NCBI GenBank assembly: GCA_964601205.1
Contig: CAZRML010000020.1
Coordinates: forward strand, 68,683 to 132,682
DNA: 64,000 nucleotides
Direction: 5' to 3'
Source of the DNA: an uncultured Actinomycetota bacterium
Lineage (GTDB): Bacteria; Actinomycetota; Humimicrobiia; Humimicrobiales; Humimicrobiaceae
The notes beneath the pieces were generated by a model. The model worked only from the letters and a program-made list of their open reading frames with translations. It did no database searches and had not been told where the DNA came from. Below are positions 21,515 to 31,231 of this stretch, in pieces. A program made the position numbers and the translations under genes. Numbering within the stretch: position 1 is the first letter of the stretch; each line of letters starts with the position of its first letter.

Positions 21515-23302
21515 ATGGATAAAATAAAAAGGTTGAATTTCAATCTTCTCGAGGAACTTCTGGAAGACATAGAAAAACCGGGCAGATATATCAATAACGA
21601 AATAGGCACAAAGAGCAAAAGCCCCGGCTCTCCGGCCAGCCAGTCCGACATGGTTTTTATGGCACTGGTATTTCCTGATATCTATGATGTTGGGATGTCA
21701 AACACAGGCCTCCAGATCTTATACCATATTATTAACGAGCACCCCGATTTCTCGGTAGAAAGGGTTTTTTCACCATGGGTAGATTTTGAAAAAAGACTCA
21801 GGGGAAAAAATGTAAAATTATTTTCACTGGAAAACAGGATATTCCTTGATTGCTTTGACATAATTGGCTTTACTGTGCAGCATGAGCTTTTGTATACCAA
21901 TATATTAAACGCCCTTGATCTCGGGGGAATAAATGTAAATTCAAAAAAAAGGTCGGAGGATTCTCCCCTGGTATGCGCAGGAGGTCCTGCCGTGGTGAAT
22001 CCCGGGCCCCTTTCCAGCTTTATGGATTTCTTTGTTATAGGAGATGGTGAAGAGATAGTTATTTCTATACTGAGGAAAGTAAAGGAATATAAGAAAAATA
22101 ATAAAGGGAAAAGCTGGTTTTTAAAGGAAATAAGCAGGCTGGATGGAGTATATGCTCCTGAATTTTACAAGTTTTACTACTATAGTGACGGAAGGGTAAA
22201 AAAGATAGAACCCGGGAAAATTGTAAAAAAGGCAGTGGTCAGGGATATTAATAAATATGGAATAGTCACAGACCCGGTAATACCAAACATAAAGACGGTG
22301 CATGACAGGTTCACAGTGGAGATTATGAGGGGATGCGGCAGGGGCTGCAGGTTTTGCCAGGCCGGTATTATTTACCGGCCGGTGCGCAAAAGGAAAGTTG
22401 AATCTCTTATTAAAGATAGCGTCAGGGGAATTAAAAATACAGGTTACGACGAAATTTCCTTTCTGTCCCTGTCCTCATCAGATTACGGGAAAATAGAGCA
22501 GTTAATCGAAGGTGTCATAAATTCTTTAAAATCAAGAAAGCTGTCAATCTCAATGCCTTCACTGAGGTTAAACAGCTTTAATTTAAAGTTACTGGATATT
22601 ATTCAGAGCGGCAGAAAAACGGGGTTGACCTTTGCTCCCGAAGCCGGCAGCCAGAGGATGCGGGATATAATTAATAAGAATATAAAAGAGGACGAAATGC
22701 TCGACTGTATAAAAATGGCTTTTGGCAAAGGATGGGAAAGAGTAAAACTTTATTTTATGATAGGCCTGCCTTTTGAAAATAAACAGGATATTGTTCAGAT
22801 AGTTGAGCTTATAGAGAAAATAATACAGGCGGCAAGGGGGGAAATGGATAGGAAGAAGTTATCAAGGCTAAAGATTAATATTAGCATAAATGCATTTTGC
22901 CCCAAACCGTTTACTCCTTTCCAGTGGGTGGGACTGGATAACCCCGGGATTCTCTATGATAAATTTAATTATATCCTGAGAAATGTCCCGAAAAGATACG
23001 TTAACATAAGGTGGGCGGACCCATACATGACCATGGTAGAATGTGCCCTGTCCACCGGCAGCCGGCTAATCGGAGATGTTATAGAAAATTCCTGGAGAAG
23101 TGGTGCAAAATTTGACAACTGGTCAGATTTTTTTAATTTTGATATCTGGAAAGAATCATTTAAAAAAGCGGGCCTGGATATTAATTTTTTTACCACCAGA
23201 GGATTTTCTGTTGATGAAGTCTTACCCTGGGATTTTATTGATATCGGGGTCAGAAAAAAAACTTTGCTGAGGGAATATGAAAAGTCAAAAAAGTTTATAT
23301 GA
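21515..23302 (+). CDS. B12-binding-domain radical SAM protein (TIGR03960 family), function unknown
   Basis: Radical-SAM cluster motif CGRGCRFCQAG. N-terminal B12-binding-like domain. Paired with the TIGR03936-like partner downstream. Confidence 0.75.
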   Translation: MDKIKRLNFNLLEELLEDIEKPGRYINNEIGTKSKSPGSPASQSDMVFMALVFPDIYDVGMSNTGLQILYHIINEHPDFSVERVFSPWVDFEKRLRGKNVKLFSLENRIFLDCFDIIGFTVQHELLYTNILNALDLGGINVNSKKRSEDSPLVCAGGPAVVNPGPLSSFMDFFVIGDGEEIVISILRKVKEYKKNNKGKSWFLKEISRLDGVYAPEFYKFYYYSDGRVKKIEPGKIVKKAVVRDINKYGIVTDPVIPNIKTVHDRFTVEIMRGCGRGCRFCQAGIIYRPVRKRKVESLIKDSVRGIKNTGYDEISFLSLSSSDYGKIEQLIEGVINSLKSRKLSISMPSLRLNSFNLKLLDIIQSGRKTGLTFAPEAGSQRMRDIINKNIKEDEMLDCIKMAFGKGWERVKLYFMIGLPFENKQDIVQIVELIEKIIQAARGEMDRKKLSRLKINISINAFCPKPFTPFQWVGLDNPGILYDKFNYILRNVPKRYVNIRWADPYMTMVECALSTGSRLIGDVIENSWRSGAKFDNWSDFFNFDIWKESFKKAGLDINFFTTRGFSVDEVLPWDFIDIGVRKKTLLREYEKSKKFI

Positions 23303-23984
23303 TGACAGGATAAGATTTAAATTTTATAAGAAAGGTGAATTCAAATACCTATCCCACCTGGATATTTCCAGGATGATAATTCGTGCCCTGAACAGAGCGG
23401 GATTTGAACTGGCATACAGTCAGGGATATAACCCAAGGCCGCTGATTAATTTTAGTAACCCGACTCCACTGGGAATAGAAAGCATGGCAGAGTATGCAGA
23501 TGTTATTATTGGCGGCAGCGTCGGAGAGGACGAATTTAAAAAAAGAACTAACAGAGAGTTGAACCAGAATGTACAGATTACAGAAGTAAAAAAAATAATT
23601 ATAAAGGCGGGTAAGCTGATGAATGAAATAGGGCTAAACTTTTATATCTTTAGCCTGGATATTGGTGCGTCCGGCAGTGAATCTGTGGGAGATTTTTACA
23701 AAGTTATAGATAATAGCCTGATTAAAGGATATCATTCTTACTCTGCCATATTTGATTATGGAATTGTGCCTGAAGGAGAAGGTTATAATATTATTCTACT
23801 AAAACTATCTGGATATGCTAAAATTTTTAAAGAAAAGAATAACCAGATTTTTAAATTTAATGATTTTTATTCATTTTTAAAGGAACGATTAAAGGAATAT
23901 AAAATTAAAATAAGGAACGTAAAGAAAGAAGAAATGTTTGTGATACAGGGGGATAAACTTAAGACCCCCATGGAAATAATTTAG
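23277..23984 (+). CDS. radical-SAM-associated protein (TIGR03936/DUF2344 family)
   Basis: Signature YLSHLDISRMIIRALNRAG..YSQGYNPRP. Start overlaps the upstream radical SAM gene. Confidence 0.7.
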   Translation: MKSQKSLYDDRIRFKFYKKGEFKYLSHLDISRMIIRALNRAGFELAYSQGYNPRPLINFSNPTPLGIESMAEYADVIIGGSVGEDEFKKRTNRELNQNVQITEVKKIIIKAGKLMNEIGLNFYIFSLDIGASGSESVGDFYKVIDNSLIKGYHSYSAIFDYGIVPEGEGYNIILLKLSGYAKIFKEKNNQIFKFNDFYSFLKERLKEYKIKIRNVKKEEMFVIQGDKLKTPMEII

Positions 23985-24023
23985 AGGAAATTTAGATGAT
24001 TTTAAAAGGAGAATGAGGAAAAA

Positions 24024-25703
24024 TTGATGATTAAGGAATTGTTAATAAGTTCAGACAAAAATGAGACAAGGGCCGCTATTCTGGAATCAGGGCAGGTCAC
24101 CCAGCTTTATTTTGAACGCAGGGGCAAGAAATCGCTTGTGGGAAATATTTATCTTGGGAAGGTCAAGAATGTTCTTCCGGGGCTGGATGCAGCTTTTGTG
24201 GATATCGGTGAAGATAAGAATGCCTTTCTGTATGTAAACGAAGTGAGTTTTAACGATGACATTGAAAGTGATGTGGAAATCTCTAAGAAGATACAGCATA
24301 TTCTTAAACCCAACCAGATGGTGCTGGTACAGGTTACAAAGGACCCCATGAAAACAAAGGGAGCAAGGCTTACTACTTTTATATCTATTCCGGGCAGATA
24401 TCTGGTGCTGGCACCCTTTAACAGGGGTATAGGGGTTTCAAAAAAAATTGGCGGCGAGGAAAAGGAAAACTTGAGAAAGATGGTGGGAACCATAAGTAAT
24501 GGGGAAGAGTACGGGTTAATTGTAAGGACAGCGGCTAAAGAAGCTGATACAGCCAGATTAAAGAAAGATTTAAAGCAGCTTATAAAAAAATGGGGCTATA
24601 TAAAAAAGAAGGCATCTACTCTGAATAGACCGGAATTAATTTCGAGTGAATATTCATTGATAATTAAATTAGTGCGGGATATATTCTCGGAAGAGTTTAA
24701 CGCTATATATGTGAATAAGAAAGTGATAAAAAGGGAGATTGAACGATACCTGAGGTCTATTGGAGTTAGATTTAATGATATAATCGTGCACCATGGAAAC
24801 GAGGAACTGTTTGATAGTTTTAATGTTAATGAAGTAATAGAAAGTGCCCTGGAGAGAAAAGTGTGGTTAAAATCGGGTGGTTTCATAGTAATAGACTATG
24901 GAGAAGCCATGACAACAATTGATGTTAATTCGGGTAAATATACTTCAAGCAGGAGCCCGGCCCATACCATACTGCGAACCAATCTTGAAGCCGCCGAAAC
25001 TATCGCCAGCCAGATAAGGCTGAGAGATATCGGCGGGATAATAGTGATTGATTTTATTGACATGGCAGGTGAAAAAGACAGGAAAAAGGTTTACAGCAGA
25101 TTCATGCAGTGTCTCGCAAATGACCGGACCAAGACCGAGGTACTACAGTTCTCAAGATTGGGGCTAATTGAAATGACCAGAAAAAACGTCTCGGATGGAA
25201 TTCTGGGCACACTCTGCAAAGTCTGCCCCGAGTGTTCGGGTTCGGGATTTATAAAATCTGAAGATACCATAAGGCTGGAGATAGAAAGAAAAATCAGGAA
25301 ACTTTCAAGGGAGAGCAAGTCCAGAGGTTTTTTAATAAAATTAAATTCTTCCATAGCGGCACAGATTATTGGTTCGGACGGTAGAAATTTAAAGCATATT
25401 GAAAATATAACTAAAAAATATATTAATATCCAGGGAGATTCAAAGTTACCCCTGGATACATTTTTATTGGTTGCCGAGGGCTCCGTTGGCGAGATAAAGG
25501 AAGCGTCACAGCCATTTAAGGTCGGTGATATCCTGAACCTGGTTGTGGAAGAACCCTATTTGCATAATAGAAATGACGCTATCTCCAGAATTAATGGGTA
25601 TGTGGTCCAGATTATTGACGGCAGCAAATATATAGGCCAGAGGTTAAAAGTGGAAGTTAAATCTGTAGCAAAGACCAGTGCTGTTGCAGAAATCCACAAT
25701 TAA
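24024..25703 (+). CDS. rng: ribonuclease G/E family endoribonuclease with C-terminal TRAM-like extension
   Basis: S1 domain GNIYLGKVKNVLPGLDAAFVDIG. DNase I-like catalytic core. C-terminal ~70 aa beta-rich tail. Confidence 0.85.
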   Translation: MMIKELLISSDKNETRAAILESGQVTQLYFERRGKKSLVGNIYLGKVKNVLPGLDAAFVDIGEDKNAFLYVNEVSFNDDIESDVEISKKIQHILKPNQMVLVQVTKDPMKTKGARLTTFISIPGRYLVLAPFNRGIGVSKKIGGEEKENLRKMVGTISNGEEYGLIVRTAAKEADTARLKKDLKQLIKKWGYIKKKASTLNRPELISSEYSLIIKLVRDIFSEEFNAIYVNKKVIKREIERYLRSIGVRFNDIIVHHGNEELFDSFNVNEVIESALERKVWLKSGGFIVIDYGEAMTTIDVNSGKYTSSRSPAHTILRTNLEAAETIASQIRLRDIGGIIVIDFIDMAGEKDRKKVYSRFMQCLANDRTKTEVLQFSRLGLIEMTRKNVSDGILGTLCKVCPECSGSGFIKSEDTIRLEIERKIRKLSRESKSRGFLIKLNSSIAAQIIGSDGRNLKHIENITKKYINIQGDSKLPLDTFLLVAEGSVGEIKEASQPFKVGDILNLVVEEPYLHNRNDAISRINGYVVQIIDGSKYIGQRLKVEVKSVAKTSAVAEIHN

Positions 25704-25779
25704 AAAAAATGCCTGAATACCGGTAAATCTTTGAAGCTGCATGCTTGATGGATTAAAAGTTGCAATTATATGTATGAAT

Positions 25780-26847
25780 TTAAACATTAAACCTGAAATC
25801 TATAATGTCGCCGTCATTTACAACATACTGCTTTCCCTCAGACCTTAAGAGCCCTTTTTCTTTAGCTTTTGCAAAAGAGCCCACTTCCATAAATTTATCA
25901 AATGATATTGTCCCGGCTCTTATGAATCCTCTCTGGATATCAGAATGTATCACCGAGGCTGCAGCGGGGGCCCGGTCGCCTTTTTTTATTGTCCATGCCC
26001 TGACCTCGTCGGACCCGGCGGTTAAAAAACTTATAAGTCCAAGAATCTTATATGAGGATTTTACTAATTTATCCAGAGCAGATTCTTTAATTCCCATATC
26101 CTGCATAAAGGCTTCTCTATAATCCGGTTCAAGATGGGAGATTTCTTCTTCAATCCTGGCGCAAACGGTCACCAGCTCAGATTGTTCCCTGCGGGCATAT
26201 TGACTTATGTCTCTTATAAAAGGCAATTCTTCCACGTCTTTACCTGTATCGCTTTCCGGTATGTTAGCACAATATATAACGGGCTTTAATGTTAATAGCC
26301 CCATGGATTTAATAATTTTTATTTCATCGGGCAGGAGTCCTGCGTTTCTTGCCGGCCGGCCATCTTCCATGGCTTTTCTTACCTTTTTTAAGATTTCTGC
26401 TTCTTTACTTATCCGGGGGTCTGTGTTTCTTGTCTGCTTTTCAATTGATTTTATCCTTTTTTCTATGCTTTCAAGGTCCGAGACTATAAGCTCAAGGTCT
26501 ATTACTTCTATGTCCTCCAGCGGAGTATTTGATGGGCTTTCATAGCACTTTACAACATGTACCAGCGCATCTACCCCGCGTATGTTTGACAGAAACTTAT
26601 TGCCCGCTCCCCTGCGTCCTTTTTCAAGTCCCGGTATATCAACAAATTCTATATAGGCCGGTGTCTTCTTTTTGGGCTTAAATATTTGTTCAAGTTTTTC
26701 AAGTCTTTCGTCAGGCACCGGCACTATTTTAACATTGGGGTTTTTCCCGGCAGCAATGTTTTTATTACCACTCCCCTTTGCTTTTGAAAGGGAGCTAAAA
26801 AGAGTTGTCTTTCCAGAGCCTGTGAGCCCTATTATCCCGAGTTTCAT
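25780..26847 (-). CDS. ychF: ribosome-binding ATPase YchF/Ola1 (Obg-family P-loop NTPase)
   Basis: Walker A GLTGSGKTT. C-terminal TGS domain ending DGDIIDFRFNV. Confidence 0.8.
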   Translation of the reverse strand: MKLGIIGLTGSGKTTLFSSLSKAKGSGNKNIAAGKNPNVKIVPVPDERLEKLEQIFKPKKKTPAYIEFVDIPGLEKGRRGAGNKFLSNIRGVDALVHVVKCYESPSNTPLEDIEVIDLELIVSDLESIEKRIKSIEKQTRNTDPRISKEAEILKKVRKAMEDGRPARNAGLLPDEIKIIKSMGLLTLKPVIYCANIPESDTGKDVEELPFIRDISQYARREQSELVTVCARIEEEISHLEPDYREAFMQDMGIKESALDKLVKSSYKILGLISFLTAGSDEVRAWTIKKGDRAPAAASVIHSDIQRGFIRAGTISFDKFMEVGSFAKAKEKGLLRSEGKQYVVNDGDIIDFRFNV

Positions 26848-26958
26848 AAATCATGGTTATTGTTTTTGATAAAGTAAAAAATTATAGCTGTTTTTGTAAA
26901 ATTAGCAATATAAAGAATCATGTAACTAAAATAAAAAAAATTTTATTAAATCTTCAAA

Positions 26959-26988
26959 TTGACAGAATAATAATATGTGTGCTAATAT
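26959..26988 (+). promoter_or_regulatory. sigma-70-type promoter for rplU-rpmA (TTGACA-N18-TAATAT)
   Basis: Perfect -35 hexamer at 26959-26964 and TAATAT -10 at 26983-26988. Confidence 0.55.
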
Positions 26989-27025
26989 TTCACTCTGTGA
27001 TTGGAAGTTACAATGGAGGATTAAA

Positions 27026-27358
27026 ATTTACGCAATAATTACAAGTGGTGGCAAACAATATAAGGCAGAAGAAAATAAAGATATAGTAGTGGACAGGATA
27101 GAAGGCAGTGAAGGAGACAGGGTTACACTTTCAGAGGTAAATCTTATAAGCGATGAAGGGAAGATAAAAGTTGGCAGGCCTTTTATTTCCAGAGCCGGGG
27201 TGGATGCTACTATAAAAAAACAGATAAAGGGCGATAAGGTGATTGCCTTTAAATATAAGCCAAAGAAAAGATACAGGAGAAAAGTGGGGCACAGGCAGTT
27301 GCTTACTGTGTTACATCTGGATAAGATAAGTATAAAGCAACAGAAAAAAGAGGTGTAG
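27026..27358 (+). CDS. rplU: 50S ribosomal protein L21
   Basis: Homology begins at YAIITSGGKQYKAEE (consensus MYAII.TGGKQ). The codon before Tyr is ATT 27026-27028, 5 nt after GGAGGA, so an ATT initiator is inferred. ORF-track ATG 26975 lies upstream of the -10 box. Confidence 0.8.
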   Translation: MYAIITSGGKQYKAEENKDIVVDRIEGSEGDRVTLSEVNLISDEGKIKVGRPFISRAGVDATIKKQIKGDKVIAFKYKPKKRYRRKVGHRQLLTVLHLDKISIKQQKKEV

Positions 27359-27361
27359 AAA

Positions 27362-27616
27362 ATGTCCAGTAAAAAAGGTGTTGGAAGCAGCAGAAACGGA
27401 AGGGACAGTAATCCAAAATATCTGGGTATAAAAAAATTCGGCGGCCAGTCGGTTATTGCCGGAAATATTATAATCAGACAGAGAGGGACAAAGTATAAAC
27501 CGGGAGTTAATGTAGGTATGGGAAGAGACCATACTCTCTTTGCCCTTACCGATGGAAAAGTAGAGTTTGTAAAAGGTGGTAAAACAGGTAAATCGGTGAA
27601 TATTATTTCTGGCTGA
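27362..27616 (+). CDS. rpmA: 50S ribosomal protein L27 (no N-terminal propeptide)
   Basis: Motifs [21 protein letters not shown] and [23 protein letters not shown]. Confidence 0.9.
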   Translation: MSSKKGVGSSRNGRDSNPKYLGIKKFGGQSVIAGNIIIRQRGTKYKPGVNVGMGRDHTLFALTDGKVEFVKGGKTGKSVNIISG

Positions 27617-27690
27617 TGACCCCTGCCGGTAATCCGGTAAATCTTCAATAAAATTTATCTCATAACCATTGCAGAAAGCCTTATTAAGTT

Positions 27691-28287
27691 CTATAGCAGT
27701 CCCGCATAGTGTAAAATAATCCCTGTAGCGCCTGCTCCCAGGATAACTAAAATTGGGTGTATTCTGGATAAGAGCAGCGCGGCAAGGCTCAGAGCGGAAA
27801 TTATTATGGTAACCGGGTCAAGGATTTCCAGGAAATAGCCAGACGGGCTTACATCTAATAAATCTTTTATTGCTTTTCCTTCTCTTAAAAAAGTGTTGCC
27901 GGCTACGAATAAAGTCGCCTGTATAATCAGTGCCAGCACCACAGGTTTTATTGCACAAATAACTTGTTTTATGATTATATGGTTCCGGAACTTTGTAAAA
28001 TAATGGTAAACAGTCAGAATTATGATAAGTGACGGCATAACCACTCCTGTGGTTGCTATAAGTCCACCGGGAATGCCTCCTATTTTATAGCCTATGAAGG
28101 TAGCGGTGTTTATGGCAATTGGGCCCGGGGTCATTTCCGAAATTGATATTATGTCTACAAATTCTCTGCCTGTTAGCCATCCGTTTGAGATTATCTCCCT
28201 TTCAATCAGGGGTATCATACCGTATCCTCCGCCAAAGGAGAACAGCCCTATTTTTAAGAAAGTAACGAATAGATTTAAGTAAATCAT
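27691..28287 (-). CDS. chrA: chromate-transporter (CHR) family half-protein, C-terminal-type subunit
   Basis: Short-chain CHR signature GGGYGMIPLIEREI..TPGPIAIN. Confidence 0.75.
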   Translation of the reverse strand: MIYLNLFVTFLKIGLFSFGGGYGMIPLIEREIISNGWLTGREFVDIISISEMTPGPIAINTATFIGYKIGGIPGGLIATTGVVMPSLIIILTVYHYFTKFRNHIIIKQVICAIKPVVLALIIQATLFVAGNTFLREGKAIKDLLDVSPSGYFLEILDPVTIIISALSLAALLLSRIHPILVILGAGATGIILHYAGLL

Positions 28288-28835
28288 TTTTGTTTTGTTC
28301 TAATAGTCCTTAATAAATAAATTGTCAGACCCAGTACGATTCCGATAATAATAACATAAATGGGGTGCAGATCTGTTATCAGAAGCAGAACAAGAGCCAG
28401 AATAGTTATAAGAGCACTTATCCTGTCCCTGATACAGGTTTTACCTACCCTGACTGCTGTAAAGATTAACAGGCCCACTACCGCAGAACTTATGGCGCTG
28501 AAGGCTGCCTGTACCACACCAATAGTTCTAAAATATAGGAATAGCTTTGCCACCATGATAATGATGAAAAAAGATGGAATTGTTACGCCGAGCAGGGAAA
28601 ATAAAGCTCCGGAGTAGCCTCCAATCTTCCGGCCAATAAATATTGATGAATTTATGGCCACGGCACCGGGGAACGACTGGGAGATAGTTAAAATATCTAT
28701 CATCTCATCCTGTGAAATCCAGCCTTTTTTATTTACTATTTCCCGTTCAATTAAGGGGATCATTGCAAACCCCCCTCCAAAGGTAAAGCTTCCTATTTTA
28801 AAAAAAGTCCAGAATAGCAGTAATCTCTTCTTCAT
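28284..28835 (-). CDS. chrA: chromate-transporter (CHR) family half-protein, N-terminal-type subunit
   Basis: Motif GGGFAMIPLIEREIV...FPGAVAINSS. Overlaps the partner gene by 4 nt. Confidence 0.75.
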   Translation of the reverse strand: MKKRLLLFWTFFKIGSFTFGGGFAMIPLIEREIVNKKGWISQDEMIDILTISQSFPGAVAINSSIFIGRKIGGYSGALFSLLGVTIPSFFIIIMVAKLFLYFRTIGVVQAAFSAISSAVVGLLIFTAVRVGKTCIRDRISALITILALVLLLITDLHPIYVIIIGIVLGLTIYLLRTIRTKQK

Positions 28836-29070
28836 AATTCACTAATTCTATCATATATTGCATCATTATCTATAAAACTGTAAATTATTTTGTACCTGTA
28901 TGGCCGGGTTCACCTTTTACGTCCGGCACTTTATTATAAATATAAAGATTTGCCCGGAAGGGATTAATTACTTTTTAGACCCGGTGCTTTAATGCTTGAC
29001 TGTACGAATTCTTTCTGTAATATTTAAATAAAATATTTAATTGATAATTTTTTTAATTATTTAATGGAGA

Positions 29071-30117
29071 TTGATTATGAAAGGCAAAATGAAGGCGCAG
29101 GTATTTTATGGGCCCGGAGATGTCAGATATGAGAATATAAATATACCTGAAATAAGGAGTGATGAAGTACTGGCAAGAATAAAAAGTGCCCTTACATGTG
29201 GTTCCGACCTCAAGACCTACAGAAGAGGTCATCCCACTATGATAGAAAAGGCTTCAGTTTTCGGGCACGAGTGGGCAGGTGATATTGTGGAAACAGGGAG
29301 CGAAGTGAATGATTTCAGCACAGGAGACAGAATAGTATCGGTAAATAGTGCCCCCTGCTATAATTGTTATTATTGCAGGCTGGGAAGATACTCGCTCTGT
29401 GAAAATCTTATTTATAACAATGGCGCCTATGCGGAATATATAAAAGTACCCGGAGATATACTGAAAAAGAATACCTATAAAATACCCGAAGGGATAAAGT
29501 ATAAGGAAGCTGCTTTGCTGGAACCGCTTTCCTGTGTGGTGCACGGCATAGAAGAGTCTAATATCGATATAGGTGATACTGTGGTAATTAATGGAGCCGG
29601 GCCGATAGGATTAATGTTTGTTGCACTGGCAAGATTAAAAGGGGCAGTGGTAATATCGGTGGACTTATCGGAGGAAAGGCTGGAGTATGCAGAAAAATTT
29701 GGCGCAGACTATACTGTCAACGCCAGAGATGTTAATGACCAGGTTGGGGAAGTTAAAAAGCTAACTGAAATGGGAAGAGGAGCTGATGTCGCGATTGATG
29801 CTACGGGAGTTCCCGAAGTGTGGGAGATGACTATCCGTATGGGAAGAAAAGGAGCGCTCATTAACCTTTTTGGAGGCTGCAGGCCGGGTACCTCTATCAG
29901 TATTGATACATCACTTATTCATTACTCCGAGCTTACCATAAAAGGAGTGTATCATCATACTCCGGAGTATGTAAAAAAGGCTTTTGATTTAATAATTTCG
30001 CGCCGCATAAATGCAGAAAGGTTTATAACTGCGGATATGCCCCTGGAGAAGCTGGTTGAGGCCCTGGAGCTGATGGGTCACCAGAAAGGAATAAAATATA
30101 ATATTTTACCTGATTAA
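29071..30117 (+). CDS. zinc-dependent alcohol/polyol dehydrogenase (MDR family, threonine/sorbitol-DH-like)
   Basis: Catalytic-Zn motifs CGSDL, GHEWAGDIVETG and structural-Zn CxxCxxC. Rossmann GAGPIG. Confidence 0.75.
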   Translation: MIMKGKMKAQVFYGPGDVRYENINIPEIRSDEVLARIKSALTCGSDLKTYRRGHPTMIEKASVFGHEWAGDIVETGSEVNDFSTGDRIVSVNSAPCYNCYYCRLGRYSLCENLIYNNGAYAEYIKVPGDILKKNTYKIPEGIKYKEAALLEPLSCVVHGIEESNIDIGDTVVINGAGPIGLMFVALARLKGAVVISVDLSEERLEYAEKFGADYTVNARDVNDQVGEVKKLTEMGRGADVAIDATGVPEVWEMTIRMGRKGALINLFGGCRPGTSISIDTSLIHYSELTIKGVYHHTPEYVKKAFDLIISRRINAERFITADMPLEKLVEALELMGHQKGIKYNILPD

Positions 30118-30122
30118 CAATT

Positions 30123-31139
30123 ATGAAAGCTTTATTTTGCTATGACCGGGATGACTTCCGGCTGGAGGAAATAGATAAACCTTCAATTAAAAAAGATGAG
30201 ATGCTGATAGAAATGGTATATACTGGTTTGTGCGGCTCGGATATTATAAAAATCTTTGACCCCGGGGTAAAAAAGCCTGCTGTTTTCGGGCACGAAGTTG
30301 TTGGCAGAGTGGTGGAGACAGGAAGCAGAGTAACCGGGTTCAAACCTGGCGATATGGTGGTTGCCGCACATCATATACCCTGCAATCAATGTCATTACTG
30401 CCTGCATGGAAGTTATACAATGTGCAGGCATTTTAAACAAACAAATATATACCCGGGCTCATTCAGCCAGTACATAAGGCTATCAGCAGAGCATATAGAT
30501 TATACCACCTTTAAGATACCCGCGGGCGCCGGCCTGCTGGAGGCAGTATTTACCGAGCCCCTTGCATGCTGTATAAGAGCCATCGATAAAGTCAATTTAC
30601 TGCAGGGTGATTATTTCGCTGTGGCGGGAACAGGGGTTATGGGAATGCTGTTTATTCAGCTTATTAAACTGATGGGCGGCAGGATTATAGCCATTGACCC
30701 GGATAATAATAGACTATCCGTGGCAGCTAAAATCGGGGCAGAGTATACTATAGATCCATCAAAATGTGATACAGGGGCGAGGATTAAAGATATTACCGGT
30801 ATTGGCGCCGATGTAGCGGTTATTACCGTAACAAACACCGATACTCTGGGTGGAGCGCTCGGATATTTGAGGGATGGCGGCACGTCTATTATATTTGGAG
30901 CAACGGGGAAATCAACCGGCATAGAAGTTGATTTTGAAAATGTTTATAAGAGGGAACTTACTATAGCAGGCTCTTATTCGGCTACTCCCGGGACTCTGAA
31001 AAGAGCTCACGAAATAATAACTAAAAAAGAAATTAACCTGTCCCCTCTTATATCTGAAGTGATGCCGCTTGCCGATTTTAAAAAAGGGCTGGATTTAATG
31101 TTGCAGAAAAAAATATTTAAGGCAATTTTTAAAATTTAG
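30123..31139 (+). CDS. zinc-dependent alcohol/polyol dehydrogenase (MDR family), tandem paralog
   Basis: Motifs CGSDI, GHEVVGRVVETG, CNQCHYC and GTGVMG. Confidence 0.75.
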   Translation: MKALFCYDRDDFRLEEIDKPSIKKDEMLIEMVYTGLCGSDIIKIFDPGVKKPAVFGHEVVGRVVETGSRVTGFKPGDMVVAAHHIPCNQCHYCLHGSYTMCRHFKQTNIYPGSFSQYIRLSAEHIDYTTFKIPAGAGLLEAVFTEPLACCIRAIDKVNLLQGDYFAVAGTGVMGMLFIQLIKLMGGRIIAIDPDNNRLSVAAKIGAEYTIDPSKCDTGARIKDITGIGADVAVITVTNTDTLGGALGYLRDGGTSIIFGATGKSTGIEVDFENVYKRELTIAGSYSATPGTLKRAHEIITKKEINLSPLISEVMPLADFKKGLDLMLQKKIFKAIFKI

Positions 31140-31231
31140 ATTGTAGCAATGTATATATTGCAGGTATAAAATTGCCGGAGTATGGTTCATAAAATAATAT
31201 AAGTGATAGAGTTAAAACCTCCGGGATAAAT

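Noticed and set aside
25805-26869. Plus-strand ORFs 25805-26122, 26207-26545 and 26672-26869
   Set aside because: All overlap ychF on the opposite strand. ychF has clear P-loop and TGS-domain motifs.
27028-27648. 206-aa minus-strand ORF
   Set aside because: Antisense to rplU-rpmA, which have unmistakable ribosomal-protein signatures.
28094-28845. Plus-strand ORFs overlapping the chrA genes
   Set aside because: Antisense to two CHR-family genes with strong family motifs.
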